Shown here piece by piece: positions 9,024 through 22,553 of a stretch of DNA of 64,000 nt. How positions within the stretch are numbered: the first letter of the stretch is position 1; every line of letters starts with the position of its first letter. Source of the DNA: a virus (Duplodnaviria; Heunggongvirae; Uroviricota; Caudoviricetes). The notes below the pieces were generated by a model, which did not search any database, was not told the origin of the DNA, and worked only from the letters and a program-made list of their open reading frames with translations. The stretch lies in the IMG/VR virus record IMGVR_UViG_3300028591_000080, positions 1 through 64,000 of that record. One strand, given 5' to 3'. A program made the position numbers and the translations under genes.

Positions 9024-9746
9024 CTAATCTTCTTCTATATTTTCGTCTTTATAAAGTTCTTCAGAATGTGAATCATCAGACACTTTTCTACTTAAAGTAT
9101 TATTAGGACGTACAATATTAGTATTTGCTGAATATCCAGCTTTATCACTAATTAATTTAGCTTTAGAAATTGGGTTTTCACTTGTTCCAAAGTCACTAAT
9201 AATTCTAGCTGTCTCATTAGATCTAACTTTAGAAATTTTAATATTTTCTGTTAAATCATATTTTTGAACAACTTCAGATTTAGCTCTTGTTGTTTTGATT
9301 TTATTACAAGTTATACCTGCTGGTAAAACATATTCTAATAAATCATTAAATAAGTTTAAATCTGTTAATTCAATCGGAATATATAAATCTAGAGATAAAC
9401 CATCATCTGATATCTCAACCTCAAATGAATCGGTGATTCCTTCTGCATGAAGGATTGTATCACCGATTAATTGAATTGCAGTTAATGTTCCTTTATTTCT
9501 TAATATCTCAGTAAAAACTGAACATATTGCCATCAACTGATCTGTATTATACTTATGTTTTAGATTTAATCCTAATGTTAAAGCTAATAAATCTATAAAC
9601 ACAGTATTCTTTGATGGAATTAAATACATTAAATCTGCATTTGTTTTTAAATAATTTAGTACTACATCATATAGTCTTCCAATAAATTGGAAATCTCTAG
9701 ACTCATTATAATATATGCTTGGAGTTAAATCTTGAATTTTAATCAT
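9024..9746 (-). CDS. Baseplate wedge protein (P2 gpI / T4 gp7-like)
   Basis: RNKGTLTAI and YVLPAG motifs; follows the gp6-like gene. Confidence 0.7.
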   Translation of the reverse strand: MIKIQDLTPSIYYNESRDFQFIGRLYDVVLNYLKTNADLMYLIPSKNTVFIDLLALTLGLNLKHKYNTDQLMAICSVFTEILRNKGTLTAIQLIGDTILHAEGITDSFEVEISDDGLSLDLYIPIELTDLNLFNDLLEYVLPAGITCNKIKTTRAKSEVVQKYDLTENIKISKVRSNETARIISDFGTSENPISKAKLISDKAGYSANTNIVRPNNTLSRKVSDDSHSEELYKDENIEED

Positions 9747-9760
9747 ATTATTTCTCCTTA

Positions 9761-12700
9761 TTAACGTTTAGAAGATGATTCTACTTGAACACCTTTGTCA
9801 ATTGAGTCTATATCGATTTCACCAACAACGAATTGATTATTAATATTATTTTTATCGAACCAAATATTAGCACTTTGTAAGCTTTCATATTGTCCGTTTG
9901 AATCTAACACTTCTGTATTAATATCAATAACATTATTATTATCAGTTGTTAAATTATAATAGAATTCATTATTAATATCTAATTTAGAAATATCTTTAAG
10001 TAATTGTTTACCAATGTCATCACCTATATTTGAATCAGTACTAGAAGTAATAAAATAATGAACCAAATCATAATTTATTCCAAAGCTATTTCTATTACCT
10101 GTTTTATCGCTTGTAGTAATAATACTTAAATCTGAAACAGTAATAACATCTGTACATTTTAATTTATAAGATGTATCTGATGCATTTTCTTTATATAGAT
10201 CTGGGAAAATTTGTATAAAGTTTTGATCTGATGTATAATTAACATAAATAATATTAATTCCAGGTTTTAGTTCATAATAATACGTATCTGTGTTATCTAA
10301 TTTAATAGTTTTATTTTTCCACCAAGTCATTGAAGTTGGAGTATAAGTTGCAGTTTCACCATAATAATTAAAAATCTTTGGACTATTTATATTAAATCTT
10401 ATACATGCATTTTGTTGATTTGGTTTATCAGATGGAGTTTTTGAATAATAAATCATAATTAATCCATATTGTTTATCCATTGGAATTAATGTATTTAATT
10501 TAACATAATCGTTATTTGGTTTAAATTCTAGATCTTGAGTAACTAATTTATAATTAAATAAATCACTAAATTTAAATTGAGTTAAATTAGATGATACATT
10601 ATGTAAAGATTGAGAAATTGTGCTATTTAAAGCAGTCTGTAATCCTTCAAGATAAGTTTGTTTTAATTTAAAATCTGTTAAATAAATATCCTCACCAGAG
10701 TCTGAGTCTGTTTGTTGAATTATTGTATATAAACTTCCATTTAAATTTCTAATTTCATAATTTGATTTTAGACTAGGTGCTTTACTATTATTATAAAATT
10801 TAGTAATTAATAATTTATTTGTATCTGTTGAACTACCATTAGATGAATAAGTATTTATAAATGTATCTATTAAATCTTTTAAATCAATTTTATCTGTAAT
10901 ATGTCTATTTATTAAAGTATTTAATTCATTAGTATTAATGGCATATGCAGTTATAAGATCTCCTGTACTAGATAATGTTTGAGTTAAATCAGGTCCACAA
11001 TTTAAAATATATTTTGCTGAAACTTCTCATTGATTAAAATTATCTGAGTCAATATTGAAATTTAATTTACTTAATTCTTTATATACACCATTACTATAAT
11101 AGCTTGTTATACTATTATTTTTTATTTTATACCAGTTTTTATCAATATAGCTTGAACCACCATATTCATAAGGACTGTCTTCTAAATCAATATTATTAAT
11201 ATAATCGCCTTCAATTAAATTTATATATTGATATTCAGTAAATACCATATAAGTTTTTATTCCAGTGCTTTCTCTTGAATTAAAATTAAATTTAACCCAA
11301 GGTACACTGTTTAAACCACTAGATAAAATTGTATCATTTGATACAGAATTATCTAAAATATAGTATACTCTATCGTTTTTATATGAAATATCTGTTTCTA
11401 TTGGAGTAGAAATATAATCATATATAGTCACTTTAGTACCATTTCCATAATATGCCATATCTAATTTATTTGCATCAGTGTAATAGATATATTCATTTTC
11501 TCCTAATAAATAAGAATAAGTGACTAATGAAATACCTCCACCTAATTCTTTTTTATTTCCATCGTAAGATAAACGTAATTGGTTTGAACTATTATTTAAA
11601 TTCCAATATAAGTATTCAGTACTTGAATCTAAGTATATATTTGAAATTTCTCTTATTTCTATTTTTTCATCTGTACCTAATGTAAACATTGAATAGATTT
11701 TTTTAGCTAATGTTACACCTTCATCTTCGAATGTAGCAGTAAAATCGACATCGGTTTTTGTAAATGTTTTATTAGAACCATCAGCATATTCTTGAGAGTC
11801 ATATACATCAAAATTAGGTTTAATAATAGTACCAGGACCATAATACTTAGTAATTATACTTTCTTTTTGTTCTTCAGTACTAGCTTCTGTACTATTTTCA
11901 GATTTAGTATAATTAATTAATAAAAATTCATCTGTTTGTAACTCGTAATCTGCATTCTTTCGTATACCACTAAAAACAATATCTTTACCTAGATTATAAT
12001 TATTACTTGGTCCAGCTCCAGTTGGATCTTGAATATAATAGTTAGAAAAGTTTCCATTAGTTGCTGCGAAATTTAATAATCCATATTTATACTTTGTACT
12101 ATCAATTAGATAACCTGGAATATTATCTTTATTTGATCCAAGTCCTTTATAAATTCCAGAAAAATTTGGTGATGTTGGTGGTAAAATAGAACGACCTGAA
12201 ATTTTGTTTTTTAAAGCATTAAAATTCTTTCTACCACTTTCGGTATTATAACTTATATCCAAAATGAAATAAGAAGTTGTTTCTGACCAACCTTCTCCAT
12301 CAAGAGGTACAACTTTAAATTTAGTATTTGATGTTTTCTTAAATACTACATTTGTATTATCTCTTAAATATTTATTGAATTGATCTTGTCCGAATAAATC
12401 TGTTATATCATACTCATCAATATTAAATTCTAATGGTAAATAGTTATCAGTTAAGTATTTTCTTAAAGATATAAACTTAGCTGGTTGAGCATATTCAGTA
12501 GAACTACCTGCATGTCTTAATTGTATAAAATAGTTTACATAAGCTGGATATGTTAATAAAGTTCTTAAATTTTTTGATCTAAATTGAATTACTTGACCAT
12601 TAGTTAATTTAGCTGGTGTTAATTTATCTCCAGTTTTAATTTTATATTTAGTTTCAGTGTCTAATTTAACTAAAGAAAATGAAGTCTCAGATGTTCTGCT

Positions 12701-14539
12701 TGGAAAAATTGGATCGAACTGGTTAAAACGTGTTTCTGTAAATGCAGATTTAAATTCAGTATCATAATTAAATAGAGGAACTTTACCAGCTAAAATATTT
12801 CTTAAAGCTAATTTATTATAAATTTTTCTTGCTGTTTGTTCTACATCGGATAGATTCTTAAATAAATTTACACTTTGTGTTGTAGAAAAAGTATTTCCAA
12901 GAACATATTCAGTATTATCTGCTAATAAGAATTTTGTTATCATAGCTGGTTCAAATAAGTTTATGTTTTTAATACGTTTATCTGCACCAGTCATTACTTC
13001 TAAAATTGTATCATAAGGAATTTCTTCACCAAAGTCTATATTGTGTAGATTAAATGCTTCATAAATAGCAATTTTAATATTATTAATAATTACTTTTTGC
13101 TCAGCTTGATTTACTTTTGAAGTTGTTGTAATTAAAGCTTTTAATTGTAAATAATTTTTAATTGCAACTATATCAGCTTTAATATCATTATCACTACTTT
13201 GATCTATAGTTTTCTCAACTTCTGGTAATTTAATTTTATGAGTTAAAGTTTTTATATTTTTAATTTTATTTTGAATATCACTTAATACACTTCTATCTAA
13301 TTGGAATGAACTTAGATATTCAGCTTTAGTATTTAAGTTACTAATATGTTTAAATGGATATAAAGTTAATGTAAAATTATCCATTGTAGCATTAGGTACT
13401 GTAGTTTGTTTATAACAAATTCCGTAATCATTAAAAGTACATAAAGTAATAGAATTATTAATATCAGTATTAATATCTGAAACAACGCTATTTGAAACTA
13501 AATTAAAACCATTTTCGTCTGTTAATTGATAGATTTTATTCATATAATCTCTACAAGTAACTAAAGTATCAAAAGTACCAATTGTCTTTTTATAATTAAT
13601 GTATGCTTGTCTAATAGTTTCAACATTATTTCCATTTGTTGCAGAAGATGGGTTTATAACAGTATAATTTTCTAATGAGTTATCTAAGTTTTCAGATAAA
13701 GAAGATGGTAAGGTCATAAATGTACTTATTTCTCTTGAAGTAATATTACCATTAACTCCTGAAGTTCTTGTATAATAAATTTCAAGACCATCTTCAATAA
13801 TTGAATCGATATCTTCTGGGAATTCAATATAAGGTTTAGCTAGTTTAGAATTAAATCCAAACTTATAAATCTTACTCTTAGCTTTTTGAGAATTTAAATT
13901 TGAAACTTGAGTTCAACGTTCACTCTTATTTCCATCATTTACATTATAAACAAAAATACCATTTTCAGCGATTTGAGTTTCTTTGAAATAATATCTATTT
14001 TGATCATCTAATTGATAAATTGAAATTATATTATCGTTATCTGATTCACATTGTTCTATTTGTCCTTCCATACAACGAATAGTTACACCAGAAGTATTTT
14101 GAGATAAATACTTACTCTCAATAGAGAAATAGTTTATTGATTTATCACTATTTGTAAATGTTGTAAACATTGGAATTTCATATAAACTTTGTTTCCACTC
14201 TTCTTGCCCATTATAATAAACAGTTATATCAGTTATAGCTGAATTATAATATTTGATACTATATCCCATCATTTCACATAGTTTTTGCATACTTTCTAAT
14301 TGAGAAGCTGATGGCATGAATGCTTCTAGAGCAGTTATATCTTGTTCGTAATTAATTTTATCAGCGATTGCAGTTAAAACTTTTAATAAAATAATTCCTG
14401 GATCTGATTCATTTGTAGTTGTAGGATCCCATCTTAAAGATAATTTTTTAGCAGTATCTAATAATTCATTTCAAATTTGGTAAAAGTCTTTAGCAGTAGG
14501 TGATAAAGATACGGCTTCAATATCAGTTTTATTTATCAT
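9761..14539 (-). CDS. Large baseplate wedge protein (T4 gp6 / gpJ-like, 1592 aa, 3 TGA)
   Basis: One frame across track ORFs 13913, 11027, 9761; TGA at 14471, 13913, 11027; ESDPG, MGY, ER(W)TQV, TSGVNGN, VTCRDY motifs. Confidence 0.85.
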
Positions 14540-14548
14540 AGCAATCTC

Positions 14549-14938
14549 CTAGTTGTTATTATTATCTGAATTTGTTGTTAAAACTAACTTATAAGTATCA
14601 TTTGTAAAATCTATTTGATTTATACCATGAACTTCTGCAATAATTTTTCCATTTTCTTGAGTAACTTTTATATCTTCTCTTCTAATTCTTAATTGAGGAA
14701 TAAAAATAGCTAATTGTTCATAGACTATATCTGTAAATATTTCCAAAGTCATAGGCGAATTTTGTTCAAACATTAATGGATCAATAAGTCCACCTCAAAA
14801 TGGATCACCTATAAGTGAATTTCTTTCACTACTTAATACAAGTCTTGCATTTTGTCTTGTCGCTTCTTTATATTCAGTAGATTTTCAAATATTAGAACTG
14901 TTCGTATTAAACATTGTTGGAAATTTAAATGAACGCAT
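14549..14938 (-). CDS. Baseplate wedge / sheath initiator (T4 gp25 / gpW-like, 2 TGA)
   Basis: MRSFKFP start with RBS; LIGDPF(W)GG; FIPQL; TGA at 14885, 14795. Confidence 0.8.
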
Positions 14939-14966
14939 CTATTAATCTCCTTTTTAACTAACTATA

Positions 14967-14976
14967 TAATTTAGCA
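14967..14976 (-). promoter_or_regulatory. Putative late promoter box TGCTAAATTA
   Basis: Upstream of the gp25-like gene. Confidence 0.65.
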
Positions 14977-15040
14977 ATTAAAGCTAAAAATAAAGTTATT
15001 AAATATTTAATAACTTTATTTTATACAATATTATTTTAAG

Positions 15041-15919
15041 TTAATTTTGAACTGTAGCTAGAGCATACTCTATTTCAACATCTAAATAATTAAGATTAAC
15101 ATGATCTGTTGTTAATGAATTTTCTTCAATTATGGTTTTTCCATTAATATATATTTCTCTTCCTTCAACATAAATATCTTTTAAATTTCTATATCTAGTC
15201 TCTGTACTTAAACTTGGTCTAAATCCATAAACACATGAAATTTTTGATATTACTGGAATAGCTTTATCTGAGCCAGGCAATTTATAGTTTGAATTAATTG
15301 TTGATAATTTTACATCAGCATATTCTGGTATTGGACTATCTAAATCAGATCCAGTTAAAACTAATTTAAATCTATAAATATCTCTTTGACTATATGAAAT
15401 TGAACTTTTAGAACCAAGTTTAAAAATAGTAGGAAGGTTTAATTGTTCTGTTTTTACTTTTATTATTTGATTATCATTTGTAATAGTTTTTGTTTCAGAA
15501 ACAGTACTTAATGGTTTTAATAATTCAAGATCAGCTTTTAACTTATTTATATCTTGATTAATATTTGTTACAGTTGTTATTCCAAAAGATGTATCAGAAG
15601 GTAATTCTGCTTTAGAATCAACAATTAATGTTTTTCCAATTAATGTTGATCTTTTTTTATTTTGTGTTTGTTGTTTAAAAGTTCCTTGATTTATTAAACC
15701 TAAAATTACTGGCTTTCCAGCTTCATTATTATCAAAAGCAATCCAAACATAATCTCCTAAAGCATAACCACCAAACTCTCCAGGATTAACTACTGAATGA
15801 GCTTTTATTCTAACATTTCTATTTAAAACAGTATCAAATAATGGAACATGGACAGTATATTCGCCAGTATCACCATTATCATTTGTGTATATCTCTACAA
15901 TGACTGCTTGAGTTATCAT
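15041..15919 (-). CDS. Baseplate spike / gp5-gpV-like OB-fold protein
   Basis: GDYVWIAFDNNEAGKPVILG motif. Confidence 0.75.
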   Translation of the reverse strand: MITQAVIVEIYTNDNGDTGEYTVHVPLFDTVLNRNVRIKAHSVVNPGEFGGYALGDYVWIAFDNNEAGKPVILGLINQGTFKQQTQNKKRSTLIGKTLIVDSKAELPSDTSFGITTVTNINQDINKLKADLELLKPLSTVSETKTITNDNQIIKVKTEQLNLPTIFKLGSKSSISYSQRDIYRFKLVLTGSDLDSPIPEYADVKLSTINSNYKLPGSDKAIPVISKISCVYGFRPSLSTETRYRNLKDIYVEGREIYINGKTIIEENSLTTDHVNLNYLDVEIEYALATVQN

Positions 15920-16014
15920 AAAATGCTTCCTTTCTACATAAATTTTGCGCCTAGGAACGTTTTAATATTTTAAGCTAAAACTATATCTTATTTTTAAAAA
16001 ACGTTCCTAAAACG

Positions 16015-17331
16015 TTAAATATTTATATCTGGATCTCCATCGATCTTAGTTAATTCTAATGTAGTTTTATATCCTGCACCACTTATAGAATCTTTTTGGC
16101 TTGTTATTATATATAATCCAGAAGAAATATGTTTGTGTCCGCCAGGGAATATAACATTTAATCTTAAATAAGACATTAATACTGCCGGTCTTAACAATCC
16201 TTGAATTGTTATGGTTGCTTTAATTGGATATTTAGTAATTTTTGTCCACCAAGAACGATCCTCAGGTCGAACTTTAAACATTTCATTTTTTGAAGTTAAA
16301 CCAGGAGATAAAACATCTTCCCATACTCCATTTCCATTTAATCTTCTAACATACTTTTCTTGAGTTAATTCGCCTTGATAGTCATAATAAATTGAATAGT
16401 TTTGATTATTATTAAGACTAAATTGTGAAACTAAAGTCGAAGTATTATATCCAATATCAACATTATAAGCATCTGAATGATTTCCTAAGTGAGTAGTCTT
16501 AGTTACTTTAAAATATGGTCCTGATGCTAATAAATCATTAGCGGTTCCAGATGTTTCATATGCTTGATCATATATTGTTTCGTCATGAATTGTTAAAATT
16601 CATATAGCATTACTTCTATCTCCAGCGACGGAGCCATCTGGTATCATACAACTTACTAAATAAGAGATATAATCCATTACTGAAATATTTATTTTAGATT
16701 CGATTTCTACAGCTTGATCACCACCATCAATTAATTTATCTAAATTATCAATAGTCATTCCTCTAAATATTTTTTGAAGGCCTGTTGAACTATCTTTAAA
16801 TAAATCTTTAATTAAATCACTTGGTTTATGTAGACTACCGTCATTAATTCTAGTGATTGAACCAGAAAATCCTAAAGTTGAAACAGATGTTGCACTTACT
16901 GTGTAATTTATTGTTGATGTTTCTAATGAAAAAGTTGTTGTAATGTTTGTAATAATAGCTTCTTCGTCTTTATAAATAGAATTTGGCATTGCAATATTTC
17001 CATAAGAGAAGACAATTCTACGTGAATTACTTACACTAGAGAAAACTTTTTCAAAAAAGTTTGGATCATCATTTACAGTAACTGGATATGCAATTTGTAA
17101 AGTATATTGATTTACTTGACCATTAATTTTTGTTATATCTAGTCTTTGAACATAATTTGGATAAACTACATCGAAGTTTTCATAGAATCCATCAATATTT
17201 TTTGTTGATTTATTTCTAGAATAAACTCCAAAAGTATAATTTCCTATTGTAACTTTTATCCAAGGAATTTGGATCCTATTATAATCAGATAATAAACTAT
17301 ATCTTTGTTGTGAAAAGTTTAACTTTGCCAT
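16015..17331 (-). CDS. Baseplate hub protein (gp27/gpD-like, 1 TGA)
   Basis: Read-through at 16600 joins two ORFs; C-terminal SGLYIITSQKDSISGAGYKTTLEL. Confidence 0.7.
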
Positions 17332-17657
17332 TATCTATCAGCTCCAAATTTTACACTAGATAAGCTTGGAATTTTAATTAAATCAAAATGATCTGTTAAT
17401 TTAATGAATGGATCCATAATATCATTAAAATAACCAATTATTCACCATAAAGTTGGATTTGCATAATATTTTAGTGCTAGATAATCTAAAGTATCAGTTT
17501 CTTTTAATTTATGTGAATAAAATGAAACTGATTTATCCATTGCACTACCAATACCATAAACATTTTTACCAGTTTGTGTATCATAATAAAATGGAACAGT
17601 TGTATATCTACTAACATAATTATAATCTTTATATTGTTTATTTTTTAATCTGTCCAT
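17331..17657 (-). CDS. LysM-like baseplate protein (gp53/gpX-like, 1 TGA)
   Basis: DTLDYLALKYYANPTLW(W)IIGYFN.I.DP...IKIP; TGA at 17442 supplies the second W. Confidence 0.85.
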
Positions 17658-17672
17658 AATTATCTCCAATCA

Positions 17673-18323
17673 TTAATCGTCAATTCCAATATAGTTCTTA
17701 GCACCTTGTCTAAATGTATTAACTTCACCTCTAAATGAACCATTTGTAAATACTGTTGTAGAATCATATGGATCTACTTCAGTGATTGTAAATGAAATTT
17801 TATAACTGGCATATTTATCTCCAACAAGAATTGGTTTTTCTTGAGTTACACCGACAGCTCCATTAACTATTCCTTTAATAAATAAAGATTTTCCAATCTT
17901 TAAAGCTACTAGAGGAGGTTCAACAGCTTTATTGTTAGCATTATATCTAGGTAAAGCTATAGCTTGAAGAGCTCTAACTAAATTATCAACATAATCTTCA
18001 CCATAACCTAACTTAGCATTACTCCAACTCATATTAACATCATCAAATTCATCTCTATGAATATCCAATGTAATATTAATTACTCTTGGTCCTGAATTTG
18101 AATAAGTGTAGACTGGAGCTGAACGTCCTAATGCTTGAGTTGGTTGGAATGATGATTGCATACTATCACTAAAAGAGTCTGGCCAATTTGGTAATCTCCA
18201 ATATTGATATCCTTCATCTAAGTGTGAAATATAGATATAATTATTAGGAGCAATAGCCACATTATCTTTAGTATATCTTTTTATTGTTTCTTCAGAATAA
18301 TCATATGAAGGTTGATATCCCAT
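17673..18323 (-). CDS. Tail tube initiator-like protein
   Basis: LGRSAPVYTYSNSGPR and PPLVAL motifs; synteny. Confidence 0.65.
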   Translation of the reverse strand: MGYQPSYDYSEETIKRYTKDNVAIAPNNYIYISHLDEGYQYWRLPNWPDSFSDSMQSSFQPTQALGRSAPVYTYSNSGPRVINITLDIHRDEFDDVNMSWSNAKLGYGEDYVDNLVRALQAIALPRYNANNKAVEPPLVALKIGKSLFIKGIVNGAVGVTQEKPILVGDKYASYKISFTITEVDPYDSTTVFTNGSFRGEVNTFRQGAKNYIGIDD

Positions 18324-18336
18324 AATTATCTCCTAT

Positions 18337-19818
18337 CTATTCTTCTGAGTATATATCTACACCAGAAATACTTGTTGTGATAACTTCACCATCTTCATTT
18401 TTTGATTTATGAGTATAATATTTTTCAGCATACTTGTCTACATATCCAAGAGTGTCTAGTAAAATTGAACTTAAATCATATTGTTTACTATTCTCTTTTT
18501 GATATTCTATAGATGCTAAATCTGTTATTTTATCATAAACGGCTCGTTGATATCTATTTCTCCATAATCCTAAAGGTGAACCATGTTCATCTATTTCTAT
18601 TGGATTATTATTTAATCTTAAAACTGTTTCTACACGTTTTACATTATCATGTATTTCATCTTTATCATGAATTACGTTTCCTAAAAAATATTCAACAAGT
18701 TTATCTGCGAATGGATAACTTATCTTAGTATTTAAGCTTAATAATTGTAATCTAGAAATTGGAGTGAATTTACTATTATCTGAAAAATTTTCATAATTAG
18801 TTACATACTTATTTTGAGTAAAGACATAATTATTATTTCCAGTTCTTTTTTTAAAACTATAATCATTCCAACCAGTATAATCTCCTTCTAAGATTACTAT
18901 TGATGAAGTTAGATCGCTTGGAACCTTTAAAAATAATTTTAAATCTTTTTCCATTAATGCTAATTCAGTATCAATATAGTTTTTTGAACCATAAGTTCTT
19001 AAAACTTCAGTGTTTAAATTTTCACTTAATAATTTATCAAAAACTATTGGTTGGTTAAAATTCATAGTATTTAATTTTAGATATGTTGATGGAGATAATG
19101 GAATAAATTTATCTCTTGTATCTAAATAATTTCCAAAAATACCACAACACATTTCAATAACATTTGGACTATCGATTGCAATAGTATATTTTTTAAATAA
19201 TCGTACTGGAATCATATAAATCTTACAATGAGAATCTGTAGTATCAAATGAAATTAATTCAGAACTTTTTTGAACATTTACAGTTCTTTTTGGATCATTA
19301 TTAAGTGAAAAGTCTGTTTCATAATTTACCTTTACAAAATTTAATTTTAAATGACTTACAAGTCTATTATTAAAACAATTATATAAAGACATTAAGTCTA
19401 TATTATTATAATCTCTTTGAAATCTTAAGAAATCACCTAAATATTCATGAGTATAAGAATCATAAACGTTTGAGTTTAAAACTAAATTTCGTGTATGATT
19501 TAAATCTAATTTATTGTATGCAAATGGTCTATTTTCATATCTAATTCAATTAATACTTCCATCTGGTTGTTGAACACAATATTGAATATATCCATCTTTT
19601 ATATATTCAATATATTTAGTATTTTCATGATATAATTTTCCATCACTATTTTTAACTATAGTTCTAAATATATCTTTTTCATTTTCTTTTTCATATAAGT
19701 GTTCTTGATGATAATCATAATTTTCTTTAGTATAAACACGGTAATTTGGTAAATGGAAAGAATTTAAATATTGTTTTAAATATCCAGTAAAAATGTGTTT
19801 ATTATCAAATATGAACAT
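18337..19818 (-). CDS. Structural protein of unknown function (493 aa, 1 TGA)
   Basis: In-frame fusion across TGA at 19546. Confidence 0.65.
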
Positions 19819-19833
19819 CTTCTATCTCCAATC

Positions 19834-22158
19834 TTAACCATGTATTGTATCTCTTACCCAGCTTAAAGTTGAATTTGCTTCGTCTTTTACTGCAAATGTT
19901 AACGCTCCATTTGTTACATCTTCTAATAATTGATAAATACGTAATACGCTATCATTAACATCTTCAATAGTTACTTCAGTATTTTCTTCTTTAGCTTGAG
20001 CTAATTTATTATTAGAATCTTCATCTGCATCACTTAATGTTTTATTCTTAACATCACTTCCACTTGCGTTTCCAACATAACCAGAAGAAGATTTTTGAAC
20101 TCCACGTTCTCCAAGTCCTAAATTACCATCACCTCTAGTAACAGTTGTTAAATTAGAGCTAATTCCTAATTTATTTAACATAGCAGTTCCACTAAAACTA
20201 CTTCCTAATCCACTTACAATAGAACCAATACCAGATAGTACTCCACCACTTAATGCTGCAACTCTCATAATATCTGCAACAGTTGTTTGTAAGTTAACAC
20301 CAGTACCCATAAATTTAATATCTGGTAATGCAATACCACCTACAACGTCATCTAATAAACCAGCTGATTTATATATTGCATAAGTTACTGGGTTATTAGC
20401 GATATTAGCACCTAAAGTATATTTAAAGTTATCTCATCCGTTTTCTAGCATTTCACCAATGTTCATTCTGTTTTGAATAGAACCAGCCATAGTCATTAAA
20501 TTATCAACCATACTATCATAACTTAATTGTCCAGAAATAGACTTTTTAGCTTTAGTATCATTAGCTAAACTTGCAATGGCTTTTAAATCTGATGCAGTAA
20601 CACCGTATAATTGAGCTAATTGTTGTTGAATAACACGACTATCTTTAGATTGATTATAAATATCTCCTAAATATTCAACAACTTGTTCTAATAAATTACT
20701 TGTTTGATCACTATTTAAACCACTAGATAACATATCGCTAACAGATAAACCAGCTCTATTTGCTGCCATAATTAATAGATTACCAGCACCGCCAGAAGTA
20801 ATACCTTCTAGATTACCTGATAAGATTTGTCCTAATGCTTTTGAAATACTTTGAACATTATTAGCACCAACAGAATACATTGATCCTAACCATTTTTGAA
20901 CTGTATATTCAAATTCAGTTGCTTCAGCTGCATTTGATAATGCTTCTACTTCATATAGATCAGATCTAATATTCTTAGCTAAATCGGTCATATATTCAGT
21001 AGTTTGATACATATTATTCAAGAATGCATTTAATGCGGCTTCCATACCAAGTCTACCAGCTGTAGTATCTTGCTGTTGAATACGAATTAATTTTGTTAAT
21101 GTCGCATCATTTGCATCGAATGTTGTAGCAATTTTATCTTTAATAGTATTTAAGAATGCTCTTTGTTCTACATTATAAGCGATACCTTTGCTAACCATAT
21201 CTTTGATATTAGTTACAATATCACTCATCTTTACAAATGGAGATACAGCTGCAATACTAGTTACATCAGAACTAATTTTTTTCCAAATTGATCCGCTCTT
21301 GGTTTCTAAATTAGATCCATATAATCTTGTATCTATTTGAGACTGCATGTTTGCAGTAGTTGTTATAGAATTATCAAGTTGTTTAACAAAATTTCCAAGT
21401 GCATGAGTTAACCCATCTAAAACTTTTCCAATACCATGTCGTCTTTGATCACCTTTACTTTCACCTTCAGCTTCTAAGTCATCTATTGCTTCTTGTTTAA
21501 GTCTCTTTCTTTCTTCTCTAAATTCTTTACTAAAGATACTAGTTAATCTAGCACCCATAGAATTTGTTTGCTTTAATCTATCATAAGCATCTTTTTTCTT
21601 TTTAGTAGATTCTAATCGTTTATCTCTATCCTCTTGTTCTTTTGCTGTTTTCTTAATTAGTTCTTTTTGTTGTTTAAATTCTTCTTTTATTGCTTCTTGT
21701 TTTTCTTTCTTTTTCTTTTCAAGTGCTTCAGCTTCTAAAGCGTTTACAGTTTGAGCAATTTCGATTCTCTTATCGAATTCTTGATTTATAGCGTCCATTC
21801 GCTCTTCGAATTCAACTTGAGACCATATCTTTTTTTGTTCATACAGTTTTCTTATTGCTTTTTGTTCAGCTGCATCAGCTTTAGCATCATTTTCTTTTCT
21901 TAATTGTAATAAATAATTAAGTTGATCAGATTCTTTATTATAAGCCTTTTTTCTCTGTTCTTCTTTATATTCAATAATACTTTTTATACTATTTAATTGA
22001 GTCTGTAAACGACTAAGTTCCCAAGCTTCATCTTCATTATAAACTTGTTTAGCTTGTTTCTTTATATCTTCGATAGCTTCTTTAGTCTCTTTAATTTCTT
22101 CTCTTAAGTCATGTTTAAGAGGTATACTATTTAATGATGTTAAATCTTTTATAGCCAT
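19834..22158 (-). CDS. Tape-measure-like protein (774 aa, 1 TGA)
   Basis: Coiled-coil N-terminus, Ala/Gly-rich helical C-terminus; follows tube and chaperone; TGA at 20434. Confidence 0.7.
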
Positions 22159-22187
22159 AAATGACTCCAATCAAATCAAATATCAGT

Positions 22188-22197
22188 TAATTTAGCA
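22188..22197 (-). promoter_or_regulatory. Putative late promoter box TGCTAAATTA
   Basis: Upstream of the tape-measure-like gene. Confidence 0.65.
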
Positions 22198-22265
22198 AAT
22201 CAATATATTTATTTAATTATTAAAAATTTAATAAATAAAAAAGAAGTGTATAAAATTTTATACAC

Positions 22266-22553
22266 TTACCTATTACGATTATTTCTTGATTCGGCAGCTT
22301 TTTGTTTCTGTTCTTCAATCTTTTTATTAATAGCATCGTTTTTAGCTTTAATAAATTCAATTAAATAATGTCGTTCTACAACGCTCATTCTCATTACTTC
22401 TTCATACCCAATATGTAATGTATCACAAATAAACCAAGCTTCTTGAACTATTTCTTTAAAATGTTGAGGTGCGTAAAGAGTACCATCACTAGAATATCGT
22501 TGGTCTAAAAAATTCTGGTCCAAAGCGAAAGGTTGCCTCGGATTTTTCTCCAC
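22266..22553 (-). CDS. Tail/hub assembly chaperone C-terminal part (gp51/T-like), probably reached by frameshift
   Basis: Overlaps the end of the upstream gene in the +1 frame; no RBS-associated ATG; MSVVERHYLI motif. Confidence 0.55.
   Translation of the reverse strand: MEKNPRQPFALDQNFLDQRYSSDGTLYAPQHFKEIVQEAWFICDTLHIGYEEVMRMSVVERHYLIEFIKAKNDAINKKIEEQKQKAAESRNNRNR

Noticed and set aside
9153-12614. GCTAAATTA matches at ~9153 and ~12605 as late promoters
   Set aside because: They lie inside coding sequence where they simply encode Ala-Lys-Leu
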